A DNA stretch of 50,115 bases, filler included, from Catajapyx aquilonaris (taxonomy: Eukaryota), in the NCBI GenBank assembly GCA_000934665.2. It is 2 parts of 2 records of this genome, joined end to end, with 100 filler letters (N's around TTAATTAATTAA, not from the genome) between each part and the next. Parts side by side here need not be neighbours in the genome. Positions count along the whole stretch, not along the records: positions 1 to 25,067 come from JYFJ02005435.1; positions 25,168 to 50,115 come from JYFJ02005436.1. One strand, written 5' to 3'. The position numbers and the translations under genes were made by a program. The notes under the pieces are model-generated. The model was not told the origin of the DNA and ran no database searches. It saw nothing but the letters and a program-made list of their open reading frames with translations. How positions within the stretch are numbered: position 1 is the first letter of the stretch; the number at the start of each line of letters is the position of its first letter. Of this stretch, positions 11,849 to 27,086 are shown in pieces.

Positions 11849-14070
11849 ATGGGGGACACAACGGAATGCATGCCCAGTAATTCCACTGCGGAAACCCTCC
11901 CACCGCCTGACCCGACCCTTGACCCCGCACCATCCGGATCACCGAAGCACAGCAACTGCTTGATATGTGCAACCAAGATCCCGGCCTCAATGCGAGTATG
12001 CTGCAACATACTCTGAGAAGGGAAGCAGATGACCAATGCATCCTGCAAGCCATTGCTTGGATGGCTGGGAAACCTCCTTGGCGTTCTGCTGAGTCAGACA
12101 GAGGCAAGGTTGCACATGGTGTGCCAAACGTGCTTCCAGCTGCTGAAAGGCATAGACGTGGTGGAGGTCAGCCTGGAGGCCATGAAGGACGCCATTCGCT
12201 GCAAGTATAACGGAAGCGTTGGGTTCTGAGAGAAGTTGGAGAGCGGACAGCCGGATGCGGATGAACAGGTTAAGGAAAAGGTGGTCAAAGGAAAGGTGTG
12301 CAGACAAGCACAGAACCAGCCTGAGGTTGAGACCAGTGCGTGTGAAAGCTGCACGGATGGGCATCTGGCGGATGGAGACTTTGATTTCGATGTGGACGAA
12401 GAGGATGATGAGGACGAGGAGGATGATTCGAGCGGTGGCAACCCTCCACCTGAAGGAAATGGTAGGATGAGGTGCCACAAGTGTCCGCGCTCCTTCGTGT
12501 GGTCCAAGTGGCTGTCCGACCACATGAGTATGGCTTATGGCGATGGCCTGTATGCATGTGAAGTCTGCCCGGCCGAGTTCGACCAAGGTTCATTGCTCCA
12601 GTCGCACCTCCAGGAACCTGAAATCTATTCATATGCTTCCCCTGCGAACAGAGCTTCCAGGTCTGTAATGTAGCTTTTATGAAATACTTGTACGAATTTG
12701 CTTATTGCAGGACCTATGCAAGTATCAAGACCATACGAAGAGACACTGGTGTCGTAAGTCCGGTGCGGTCGTTGTGGACACATGTTCTACAGCCACCGGA
12801 TGCTGCAGCATCATGCGAACGCGCACGATGGCGTCCGGCCATACCAGTGTCCCGTTTGCACCTCAGCGTATTCTGTCCATAGCTGCTTGAATGCTCACCG
12901 CAAGGTTCACCAGCAGGGGGTTACGCCTGCTCACTGCCGGTTGTGCGGAAAGGCGTTTTTGAACAATCATCTCCTGAAACAGCATCAGAAGGCACATGCT
13001 TCGGAGCCGGATTATACGGTGTGCCAGCAGTGCGGGCGAGGTTTCTCCTCAGCGTATGCATTGGAAGTTTACCGGATGTCCGCACACTTTGATAAGCGTC
13101 CATTCCGATGCGATTCATGCGTTAAGACTTTTACCCGCAAGGAGAACTATGGCACTCATTTGCGGACGCACAAGGGTGAGAGTCTGTTCCAATGCGAGGT
13201 GTGCGGTATCCTATTCTCGCAGCTATCCAACTTGCGATTGCACAAGCGTGCCATGCACTATGATGACTGCCGGTATAGATGCTAGGCTTGCAACATTGGT
13301 TTTAAGAGGCATCGCCTGCTGGTCTACCACAACAACAGGGTCCACACAGGCGAGCGTCCCTACAAATGCAAACAGTGCAACATCGCCTTCATCAACCCAA
13401 ACCACTACAAGAAGCACCTCAAGAGCCACACGGGGGAGAAGCTACACAAGTGCGAGATCTGCGGGAAGGCGTTTAATTCCCGTGACAACCGCAACACCCA
13501 TCGGTTCACCCACTCTGACAAGAAGCCCTACAAGTGCAAGGTGTGCCAGAGGGGCTACATGAGGAAGTCCATGCTCTATGCGCACATGAACGCCAAGGGG
13601 CACTTCCAGGACATCATTATCGTCAGCGAGCTGCAGATCCACCACGTCGACAGTGCAGAAGAAGCGGGATTAAGTGTGAAGCAGTACGATGTCGAGGTAA
13701 TCAATTTATTTAATTACATATTTTTTCAACATTTACCCGATCCTATTTTAAACAGTAAAAATATCTTTCCATGCAGGTTGGGCAGAGTCAACCATTGAGG
13801 GCCTGGCTGTCGCCAAAGGCAACCCAGGGTATTCAGCCTGCTTTGTCATAGTTGACGGCCTGCAGCTGTAGGCCATGGAGGAAGCGGGGGATGGTATTCC
13901 CATGGACGATATTGCTGCCGGTCCAGAAGTTGATGTGGTAACGAAGAAGGGTGGCGTAAAGTGTGAAGACGGCAATGTCAGAGTGAAAGCAGAGGGGTGA
14001 GGTGTCAGGGCAGTGGATCGTATGCATCCTGATGCTGCTTAAAATAATCCTGGTGCTTTTCGATGGATGA
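11849..14070 (+). pseudogene. ZAD (zf-AD) + C2H2 zinc-finger array transcription factor pseudogene, intron-retaining
   Basis: ZAD-like VCQTCFQLLKGIDVVEVSLEAMK and many C2H2 fingers with TGERPY/TGEK linkers. In-frame stops at 12227 and 13283, frameshifts near 12615 and 12750. Introns 12661-12710 and ~13697-13777. Confidence 0.85.
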
Positions 14071-14649
14071 AGCACTTCAGACTATGTCCTCCGTTAAAGT
14101 TCCATTTGTTAGCACCCAGCAGTGGAATCAGACGGTGCTACACATTTTGTGTTGATTGTAGTTGGAATAGTACCCAGATATTCTCGGTTTTATGTTTAAT
14201 GTTAATAAATTGTCATATTCTTCTGTTCTATATCCGAGTATCACTCCTATGCACTGCTCCAAGAACTGGTACTGCATCTTTCTTGTAAATGAAATGGCGG
14301 CATCTATGTCAAGTTGCCTCTAAAGAATGCTCACCAAGTTAGTCCCACTATTTGCGACGCTGTCCCTGAAGTACATCGCAGGACACTTGTTGATGACTCC
14401 CTTGATTGCAGATGGCAGCATAACTGGTGCAGCATCAGACGCAACATGCACATGTGCTTGGCAGATCCAGGACTCACCAGGTGATACTTTCTGCAAGCAT
14501 TTTGGGCAAAATTAGCAAAGAATCATGCGCTATTCTGCCATTTTTCAGCAAACGTACAGCAGTAATATCAACGACCGGAAGAAATGCTGACAATGAAATG
14601 AGGCAAGTACAAAAATTGATATCTCACTTTAGCATTAGCTTCTACAGGA

Positions 14650-16998
<2,349 letters not shown>

Positions 16999-17504
16999 GT
17001 CAGGGCATCAGGGCTGCAACAATATGGTAGGCCACATGTTTAGAAGCAAAAGTGTAGTGATCTAGTGATCCTGATGATCAATTAAGATCATGTGACAATG
17101 AGCACGTTAGTTTCAAAGAGGCGAGGAGTTAGGTGCATGCCTGTCCGTAATTGTGGCACAGGCGCGACAAAATATAATGGATCATAGTGATAAGTGATAG
17201 CACAGGTGCGTCTAAATTGTATGCACCCTAGGTTGTGGTCCTATACTATAATCCAATATTACTTTTTTGTTGCTTTTTTATATACACAAATACAGTATTA
17301 TTATTACTGAATAGGGGAAAAAAACGTATGCACTGCGGTATGTAGACAGTGATAGTAATTAATCAGGTGTTTGACCTTGACCCCCCTTCTTTACAGAAGA
17401 GACCACAAAGCAATGGCGTGTAGATAGATATACAGGGTGTTCCAAAAAGGTGTTCCCAGTACAGAACAAATGCAGTTCCAGAAGTATGCCATATACTTTA
17501 TTCT

Positions 17505-19637
17505 TTGCCTTTTCCAACTTCTGCAGGACCACACGCAGGCGCTCATCGTGTTCGTCTGTATTCTTTCCCCACACGAGACTGTCATCCATGTGGCAGACCA
17601 CATCTTCAGCACCTTGTAGCATGTCTCTTATGCGACGAGAAAAGTGTTCTGGGGCAGATGTGATTCCAAAGGGAAGTCTATTGAACCTGTACCTCCCAAA
17701 TTGAGTAATGAATGTTGTCAGGAACTTCTCTCTGTCCAATGGCACCTGCCAGAATCCAGCATTGGCATCGATCTTACTCAATCTTTTAGCCCCTGCCAGT
17801 TGCCCTCGGCCCTGGGGTGTGCTCTATTACTGGCAATGGAAACCTTTCCCTGTTTACACTCCTGTTCAACAGCAAAAAGTCAGCACATATCCTTATCTGC
17901 TCTTTTGCTTTGGGTGCTATAACCATAGGAGCACACCACTCTGTGGGCTCTGTCACTGAAGTTATCACTCCTCGTTGGACCATGTTCTCAAGTTTGGTTT
18001 TGCCTTTTTCCAGCAAGGGTATAGGAATACACCTGGGATTTGTCAAGGAATAGGGTGCTGCTCCAGGTTTAAGGGCAATTTGGTATTCCGCTTCCAGCTT
18101 CCCTCTGGTGAACAAGGATGGAAATTCTTTCTCTGGGTTCAAGGAGGTCAGAGGTGAGGATGTGAGTTTATTTAAGTTGGTTACTAGGGCCACTTGTTTG
18201 ACCACATCCAATACCCGCAGTGCTGGTTTGCCTAGTAAAGGTGACGTCAGTCCTTTTACCACATACACTTCCTGCAGGATTGTCTTATGGCCCTTCTTCA
18301 GTTCAGCATGCATTACCCCAACAACTTTCAATGCTCCCTGGTCTGGCTCACTTAGCTGTCTGTCAGGATCCAGCAACTGCTCTCTTGCAAACTTCTTGAG
18401 ATACACTTCCTCTGGCCGTTCACTTTTATGTCAGTTGTCCAGTCCATGTACTTATGACTTGTGGATCCCACCTTCCCTAAGAACCCGCATTTCCCTGTTC
18501 CTCTTGGGTAACTTGACACACTTTTGCTTCACTGCGACACACTCGGACATAATGGCATTTCTTACCACACTTTTTGCACTCACAGCTGGGCAGTCCTTTT
18601 GGTCATGCTGAGACCATCCATATCTCGGACACTCTTTACCTTCCCCTTTGCTTGGAGTCACCTTGGGTTTGTTGCTGCTCACTCTGGCAGATTTCACCCA
18701 TGGTTTAGCCCCACTGTTGGACCACTGGACTCTGTCCACTTGTTGTCCTCCGTCATGGACCCTCAAACTGACCTGCTGTTTCTTTACCTCCTCTGACTGT
18801 CTGGCTTGAAGAACTGCCTTCTCTAATGTCAGCTTTCTGTCCAACTGCAACCTCTCAGACATCTGAACATCTTTGATTCCCAGTTTCCCACCACTAGCCT
18901 ATCTGGAATTGTGTTATCGTAGCTGGCGGGAAAGTCACATGTTTCTGTCAACGTGTGAAGTTCTGTGATGAATATATCCACCGTTTCTGTTTTGATTTTG
19001 TAATCTGGTGTTGAATACAGCCCTCTCATAGGTTCTTCTGACCACAAAATGGTCCTCCATATGCTGAATCACTAGCTCGTAGTTACCTTGTTCTGCTTGA
19101 CCCAACTTGAATGACTGGAATGTCTCTTCCGCTTGTTCACCCATAAAGTAAATTAGTGTGTTTACGTGTTCCATGGAGGTCTTACTGCTCAGGCCACTGG
19201 CAAATCGGAATCGGCCATAGCGTCGTTTCCACTTTGGCCACTCCCCAGGCACGCCAAACTGGAAAGACCTTGTTGCCAGTATCTGGTACATTGCTCCTGT
19301 GACTGTACTGCCTACTCTGTCTCCTTCCACGGCCATTGTTCTTTGTTGACCTCCCTCAATACGGTCGATACTATCACCGTCACTCATACCTCTTCTGTGC
19401 TCTGCCGTGACCCACTGCTGCATCTATCTTCGACACGATACTGGCTCAGGAGTGGCCCCTCCTGATGCTCACCTGTACTTATCCGGGATCCCTACCCAAC
19501 TGCCACCATGTTTCATAGGGTTCGTTTTGGGGCTCCAAGGAACCATGTCTAGTCAGATCAGCCATCTTGTGTGTACCCCCTTTACGTCACACGCTTATTT
19601 ATTTCCAACCCTGTACGTATTAATACATATCACAACA
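17505..19637 (-). mobile_element. Truncated, decayed Ty3/Gypsy LTR retrotransposon (K02A2.6-like gag, protease region, RT) with candidate 5' LTR
   Basis: gag WPKWKRRYGRFRFASGL, LTLEKAV; RT PTEWCAPMV, IRICAD, SKIDANAGFWQV, RLPFGITSAPEHF, HMDD; several frameshifts. Candidate LTR ~19441-19637 begins TGTTGTG. RT is cut off at a TA-CAGGGTGTTCC MITE end (~17433-17504). Confidence 0.88.
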
Positions 19638-21605
19638 CACAACATTAAGTTCTCTTCAAATAGGGTAAGATGGTGATGGAGACGCATGAACGTGCATGCA
19701 ACATTGATCAAAGTGTACTGTACAGGAAAGATGCTGTGACCAGAAAATGTTTGTAAGACTGGTTTACCCCCAATTTGAAGCAGAACTTAATGTTTCATTT
19801 CAGAGCAGGAAAACTTGGTTGGCTAGGAGTGCCAAGAATTAAATAGTGTGGGGGAGGGTACAAAGGACCAATTGGGTGGAGGGCAGTGAGGAAAATTCAG
19901 GGGCTGGAAAGCAAGAAAATTAACCGTTTTACATTGAGCAAGAGAAATAGGGAAAGAAAGTGGAAGGCCTGGATAGCTGCCCTTACACTAGGTATAACTT
20001 AATATATATTTGCTTTTACTTAGGTTTTACCTAGTCTACAAGTATATTCTTTACTCTTGGCCTGGTCAGAAAATTCGATTAAGTGTAGCTCTTGTCCATG
20101 TGAAAGGCACAGTAGCATGAATCAAATGATGTACCTCACAATACTCATCATTGCTCATTCTCCACAACTCTCAGATTCAGCTCTGTATTAATTATATGTG
20201 CCTTTGGTTCAGAGGCAAATTCCTGCAGTAACCGAGTGCGACCTGGTGCTTGTCACAAGTGAAACGTGTCATCAGTGCTGAATACCCCCACAGCATGAAT
20301 TACATGTTTTTGCATACCACATGCAACTTACTTAGTGCATGGTCTTTTGCATTCTTACTGCACTCACCCCTCCTCCTGAAGCCATTTCATGTGGGTCAAC
20401 AGCCCCTCCCTCACTCTTGTCCACAGTCACCACCATCCTCTCCTCCTCTTCCTCTCCCTCCATCCTCTCCGCAACCTCTACCATCACAGTGCAGTCTTCA
20501 TCCAAGAACAAAGGGAGTTCTTCCTCCACGCTCCCAGCTCCCTCCATGTCTTATCAATGGTTACTTATTCCTTTACCGCCAACATTGACAAGGCCCTGAA
20601 AAAATACTAAGGTAAAGCAAAAGCACTGTTGTGGCCTGGCCCTGCCATGTCACTAGTCCACACTAGCCTGTCCATTCTTCTACCCTCACCAAGAAGTTTC
20701 AAGCCAAGTTAAATAATTGCAGTAAACCCTGGCTAATTCTCACCAATCCTCCTCCAACGTGCCCTAACGATAGACATCACGATCAACACGGGTCCAGCAC
20801 CACATCCTTCCAGAGCAGCTTCCAGCCTCCCTGCTGCAGCAGCCTCCACCTCAAAAGAACTGCTCAGAACCTGGAACAGTGAATTCAAGAGAAAGAAAAT
20901 CGTCCCACTCTCCACGTGCACTCTCAAGTAGACGCAGGAGTAGCAGGACCTGCGCGGCTGCGCAGGACGGCAGGTAGCCATCTTTGGGTGCGTTTAGAAA
21001 TAACGTGGCCAAAATAGCGTAACGCTTGAAAGTAGCGCATATCAAAAATAACTAATACCATGAGCTAACAATAGTTATTAGCTCTTGCTAATACCAGGTC
21101 TCTGCTAATATACTAACTTGCTAACAGTAACGAACTAATTTTTGTTGAAAATATGAGCTACACGTTACTGATACAAAGTTCGATAGGAAGCTGTCGCAAA
21201 AATCTTTTTTGGCAGTAGAACTTTATAAACAACTTTTCCACCTAGGTATAGCGATGGTCGTGCCAAGTATGGGTTGAATATGAAATGACTGTCTAACGCC
21301 GTGGGAGGATTGATCACAAATTACTTCCAGCACCAAGGCCCGAAACACAGCACCCATGCAAAATGACAGGCTACAGCAATTGTATGCGCTACTAGATTCC
21401 CCACCGAATCTGTTGCCTCTTCCACTTCTATTGGCAGCCTGTTATTAATTTGTCTCCCGGGAAACAGCTAGCCTCATTGTTGACAATATTGCCATCAGAC
21501 AGTGTGCATCTCAAATGCGATTGCTGTGATTATTCCGGACAAGTTTAGTCATTTAGACTCAACATTCCTCACTTCCAGCAAGCCCTAGCTGTGTACACTA
21601 GCTAG

Positions 21606-22814
21606 ATGTCTAAACGGACTCGCGCCTACGGGGAGACCCAAGGGCAAGGGGACGGAGGTGGGCAAAGCAATAAGCGACATTGCTACGAAAGTACCTGCGC
21701 CTCGGCACAAGGGGAGTGGCCATCAGTCCTGAACCTGATGACGGACGGAGGATCTTCTAGTAACCCCAGACAGTTTCCAGGAGCTGGGGGAGGTAAGCAA
21801 ATTGGGCTTGGATCAGTTGCACCCGCGCTTGCACCACACTCATTCCTACTTGCACGTGCTTGGCAGATCCACTTCCATCACCAGTGGTCCAGGAGGTAGC
21901 ACAGGACTTGGCTGATTTAAGCTCGCTCCCAGAAGAAACCGGCCTACCAGTAGGCCTAGAATATATTTTGAACCATACAGGGCCATCAGTAACAGGATCT
22001 TCCCTTGGTGTCTCAGACAAAGAATACCAAGTAGGTATGGACGTATGCACAGCGTACAGGCAGTATCTCTCGTCTCAGAAGGAGTGTTTAGAGCTGCTCC
22101 AGGCCTTAAATCAGGAGACTCAAGCAATGCAGGGACGAATCACAGACAACCACAGGTAGGTGCTTCAAGAGTTCGGAAGCCACTGTTCCGGCAGCTTTGG
22201 GCAAGGCGCGTGCCTACCTTGTGACTTATTCTTTGCCGACATTCTCCCCAACACTTGCTCCTAGACCACACATCACCGCCCTGCACACTTTCGCCTCAAG
22301 CTGTGGCCCAGAGTGGAGGTGGTGTTGGGATGGATAAGTCAAGTCACTTGGTTTTGGTTGGTTTATAAGAATCTAAAGAATGGCAGGTGCCTTGGCCCTT
22401 TTCCCCGTTAGACTGTTATTCGTACATAAGAGATAAGACCCAACGCCCTCACAGCAAAGAACGCTCATTTCTGCAAACTTTAAGTAATGTAAATAAGTCA
22501 CACTTATATTCTCACCATGGGTGCCCAACACCAACCGGTGCGGTGCAGCCCTCATGTAATAAAACTCATGCTTAACTTGACAGTTCACTGCTCCCTCGAC
22601 ATGATAATTTATGCACTTTAGTGACTACTGTATACTATTTGCAGATATCAAAAATTAATGAATCTTGATTATAATTATGGCCTATGTTGTTTGCAGGAGC
22701 GAGCTGATGAAAGTCTTTGATGAAATTAAGCTCCTCAGGATGTCATCGAAAGAAAAGCTCCTGCACACACTGCAGAAGCTGTCAAATCCTGAAGAAGAAT
22801 CAATGGACATTTAG
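21606..22814 (+). CDS. Three-exon orphan gene, 197 aa, helical/coiled-coil C-terminus
   Basis: Exons 21606-21792 (G|gtaagc), 21867-22155 (ggcag|...AG|gtaggt), 22697-22814 (ttgcag|...TAG). They total 594 nt with matching phases and no internal stop. Confidence 0.72.
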
Positions 22815-23122
22815 AATCTCTGGGTGAAGACACATTGCATCGATTGCACTCACTATTCCACCCTATTTTTGGGTCATGGTTCCAGAGCTACAATAGGTAT
22901 ATCTCTTCGTTGAAAGGGGGACTTATTTCCTCTCGTTGAGTTGTGCAGTTATAGGGCTACCCATTCCATTATCCATGAGGCCTTTTCTACTTTTAAAAAA
23001 CAACTCGAAAGTTTTTCCTAAAATTTGCGACGCTTCTCACTGGAGGGAGTTGTGGCGTCTTCTGGGGGTGAGGGAAGTGCCAGTCAATAAATAGGTAGCT
23101 CCGTATACCTGTTGTGTTATTA

Positions 23123-23648
23123 TCTAAACCTATGAGGTCCCGGCTGGTTCGCCAGCGATGCGACGGTACTCTCTTGCTCGAGCGGTCCTCGGACCTGACT
23201 CGCATTTCTTGATCGGACGGGGTGCTTAGGAGAATATCCCACTGTTGTGTACTGGAGTGTCACCTTATTTCCCGGAGTGGAAGGGACTGTTTGGTGGGGG
23301 GAGCAACCAGGGGGTGGGCCCTCCCAGCGGCAGTAGGGAGTGAAGCCCAGCCTGACTATGTAAGGTGGGACCTGACCTCCAGACTTGTATCACAATATAC
23401 AACCTAGTAGCGTTCTGTCTGTACCGTCTGTTATTTACACCTGCCCCGAGACTCAACACCCACCCCCGTCCCTCAGTTGGACCCGGCATTGCAGTACAGC
23501 CGGGGCCAGCCCTCCTCTCCCCCACCCTTCTAACCCACCCCCTACCTTGCAATCCCACACCTTCCTCTTCTACCCCCGGCTGCCAAAGGCTCGACTCAGA
23601 AAGAGACATACAAGCTGGGTAACCCTTCCTACCAACCAACCAACCAAA
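23123..23648 (+). mobile_element. 5'-truncated non-LTR retrotransposon 3' end
   Basis: 16-bp TSD ACCTGTTGTGTTATTA (23107-23122, 23649-23664); (CCAA)n tail; remnant H..VLEC knuckle-like coding. Confidence 0.7.
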
Positions 23649-24211
23649 ACCTGTTGTGTTATTAATATTAGACCACGACCACGACCCTGAGTGACCTTGC
23701 GGGGTCAGTAGTCAGGACGTTAAGGGACGAAAAAAGGGTCAACCGTACATCTGGTGAAAAAAGCATGAAATCAGTTTTTAACATTTTTCCTCTGAGTAAT
23801 GATGAAAAGACGGGATCTAAAGTTGAGAAGTTGGAATCTTTTCGTATATACACAATCTGCCTCCGCTGACGGTGCTGTCAAAGGAATACTCCGTCGGCAA
23901 CAATGACACGTGTATCGGACGTTTGGCCCAGCAGTGGGGCAGGTGTCTCACTTGTCCCTCTCACATGTGGGGGATGAAACGTTAAAATTTGATATATAAT
24001 TAATTCCTGAATGGAGGTAGAAAGGACCACTATTCTATTCACCATGTCATACTAGCTTATTCCACAACAATGACCCTGACTACAGCAGATGTTTGAAATG
24101 CAACATGTTGGTTTTTGGAAGAGGCTGGAAGAGACTCGTAACTGACGCAATTTTCGCTCCACTCACATTGTACATATTATCGTATTAATACATATAAATT
24201 CAATGTAAATG

Positions 24212-24373
24212 TAATGTACGGAAAATGAGAGAACGATCTGACGTCATCAAGGTTTCCATGGAAATACCCTCACAGAACAATATGAGTAAACAGTGTCAAC
24301 ATTGTTGAGGCAGCAAAAAGCAACAATGGAAGAAATGATGACGTCTGATCGTTCTCTCGTTTTCCGTACATTA
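24212..24373. mobile_element. Small palindromic MITE
   Basis: TAATGTACGGAAAATGAGAGAACGATC / GATCGTTCTCTCGTTTTCCGTACATTA. Confidence 0.7.
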
Positions 24374-24430
24374 TGTATTGCGGACTTACCATTATCTTGT
24401 TTCGGAGCAGTTCGGAATGACGAAAAAATG

Positions 24431-24570
24431 GGTGTGGGTCATTTCACCGACACCCACCCGGCCGATAGGCCATTTCACCGACAGACATTTCACTAACATA
24501 CCCATTCCACCGACAAGCCATTTCGCCGACAAGGAGGTTCCCCGACAGGGCGTTTCACCGACAGTCATTT
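24431..24570. repeat. ~15-bp tandem repeats (CATTTCACCGACA), like DNA-transposon subterminal repeats
   Basis: About nine degenerate units. Confidence 0.65.
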
Positions 24571-25067
24571 GATCGCAAATTTACCCACACAATGGGGAAG
24601 TAGCCTTCATTTTGGAAACTACATAATAAATTCGCCCATATTTTTTTGATTTTTTTGGCATATTCCGTTTTAAGATATCAGTTTCAGTTCCGGAGGAATT
24701 GGGGTTTTTTATGTAGGGAAATGGTGACGTCACTGTTTCCCTAGAAAATGTTGACGTCACGCGAAGTGAAATGAACGCAAAAATGGTGTTAGAGAACGCG
24801 CCCCGTCATTGTTGTAAAATGCTTCGCTGTTGTTAGCAACCACGGCTGTAGAAGACTCAGGTTAGGTCACTCCCCACCCACCCCCTGCCGAAGGATTACG
24901 CACCGGGTGCTCCCTTGACACCGCCACGAGACATTTCCCAGAGCAATCATGTGGCGACCCTACCGGACTAAAGGCCCGTTTACACGATGACTTTCCTACG
25001 TAAAGTAGGGACGGAGAGCCAATCAGAGCGCTCCCTGCTCCTACTTGGCTAACGGCCCTACTTTCCT

Positions 25068-25167
25068 NNNNNNNNNNNNNNNNNNNNNNNNNNNNNNNNN
25101 NNNNNNNNNNNTTAATTAATTAANNNNNNNNNNNNNNNNNNNNNNNNNNNNNNNNNNNNNNNNNNNN
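25068..25167. other. Artificial contig spacer (44 N + TTAATTAATTAA + 44 N)
   Basis: Exactly 100 nt, symmetric; the central 12-mer places stop codons in all six frames. Confidence 0.92.
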
Positions 25168-26703
25168 CCGAAAATTATGCAGGACCAAAATAGGCGAAAT
25201 TTCCTTCTGCCGCCTCCTTTTTGCAAATTTTATACCTGGAAAACAATATTTTCCCACCGAGGGTACAAGAAATGGTCTGCTATACCCGAGGTGAGGTGAA
25301 AATGAGTCTGTTATATCAGTAGTCAAATACACAGTGCCTAATGGAATCATGCCGGGACAGCCTTTATAACCAAGTATGTTATAGCCGAGGCTGTTATATC
25401 CGGATTCAACTGTAAATCTGTAATAAGTACAATTCGTTCACCTTATAGCAGCGGCAGGGTATAACATTTCGCTAATAACAATATGGCTAGTTGGTAAACA
25501 AGAATTGACGTCTCTAGGTGATGGCATTATGAACTAATGAATGAATGACAGAAAAAATACGAGGTAAAAAAATCACAGCTCCAATCCTGTAGCAGTGGGA
25601 ACTGTGATATTTTGAACATAGATCCGCACCATTCCACTGCACCTTCGGCCCTTTGACGAAGAAACAAAATTCCGGATAGTTATTGAGCAAAAAAATTGAG
25701 ACGTATTTTTTGGTGGTTTAAAATTTTTTGCGGCGTTTTGAAGAGGAATTAAGTAAAAGTGTAAATGGTAGGAAATCAAGTCACGACGGTGGGGATCTGT
25801 GTTCAAAATTTGGAAGCTCTACCTACAGCAGAACTTGAGTTAGGGCGAATAAAAAAAACGTAACAAGAAGAAGAACAACAAGAAGTAGGAAAAATTCATT
25901 ATTGAAACATTGTTGAAATCTATGCTACGGTCTTACTTAAGGGCTATCGCCCTTAAAATGAATCTACTCGACCAGATGAAACAAGTGTTCCTTTGTTGAA
26001 ACTGTTTACTCCTTTTGTTGCGTGAGGGCATCTCCATGGAAACGCGACGGTTGCCACGACGTGTTCGGAGGGATAAACATCATAGGCCGGAATTTGGAAT
26101 CGGGCATACCTTCCTTGAAGTAAGGAGGACTGTCTTTTGAGCCACTGCTGGATGCCTATATGTCCCGCCAACAAGTAGTGTTGTAGTAAAAGGCGCATCA
26201 CACTATTGTTGATTACTCAACCGCTTATTGTGTTGGTGTTCTGTGAGGCGTTGAAGTGACCGCACCAGTATTGCCCGCCTTGTGGCCATGCCAGGCACGG
26301 TACATCGCGTCGCCTTGCACAATTTTAGTTAATTGCGGAGCTAGCCGTTTATTGTGAGTTTTGAGTTCGCAACAGTTATGTGCGTCTTGTGGCGCCGCAG
26401 GCTAACGAACATTATTGTGGCTTTGCCACAAAGACGGACAGTAATGTTGCAGACACACAACCTACACATTACCTTTCAAATTACCATGGAGAGCCCCTCA
26501 CGCTCCATTTTACGCCGTTTCACATTAACGCCAGTTTATAAAATTACATTTGAAATTTTTTATCGAAATTTGTTGAAAAAATTGAAGATAACAACACAAT
26601 CTAAACATAAACACATCACTGCAACACTTCGGAGTCCAAACACACAACCATAATTGCTCTTCTTTTGTTTTCCCTGGTCCCTTGGGCAGGTTCTATCGAT
26701 ATA

Positions 26704-27086
26704 CACGGTGTAAATGAAATAGATGCGCATATGTTGAGGAATGATAAAGTGAAGAGAAAGGAACGTTTTTTTTTTTTGCCAATACAGTAACCATAGTAAC
26801 CACCATAGTAACGACACTGCGTATTGTAAAAGTCGTTTTCATGCCTACCAACCAGGAGCAACACAACCCTCTTTTTCTGATGGAATAACTGGTTGTAAAA
26901 TGATGGTTACTATGGTTCACATGCTATGGTTACTCTGAGTTTGACGCATGTATGACGCGTCATAAATCCTTGTTTTCTGGTGGAAAACGAATCTGCGGCA
27001 CTAATAAGTGTATTGGCAAAAAAAATTTTTTTATATAGTCACTATCGTTCCTCAAAATATGAGCACTTATTTAATTTACACCCTGT
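26704..27086. mobile_element. TA-flanked Tc1/mariner-type MITE
   Basis: TA-CACGGTGTAAAT...ATTTACACCCTG-TA with ~80-bp imperfect TIRs. Confidence 0.7.

Noticed and set aside
13283..13285. Programmed stop-codon readthrough in the zinc-finger array
   Set aside because: Other stops and frameshifts in the same gene indicate pseudogenisation.
24431..24570. CRISPR-like repeat array
   Set aside because: Short degenerate tandem units without unique spacers, in eukaryotic DNA; typical of transposon subterminal repeats.
24230..24770. Cluster of TGACGTCA (CRE-like) sites as a promoter
   Set aside because: At least some copies lie within palindromic MITE-like sequence, and no downstream gene can be linked because of the gap.
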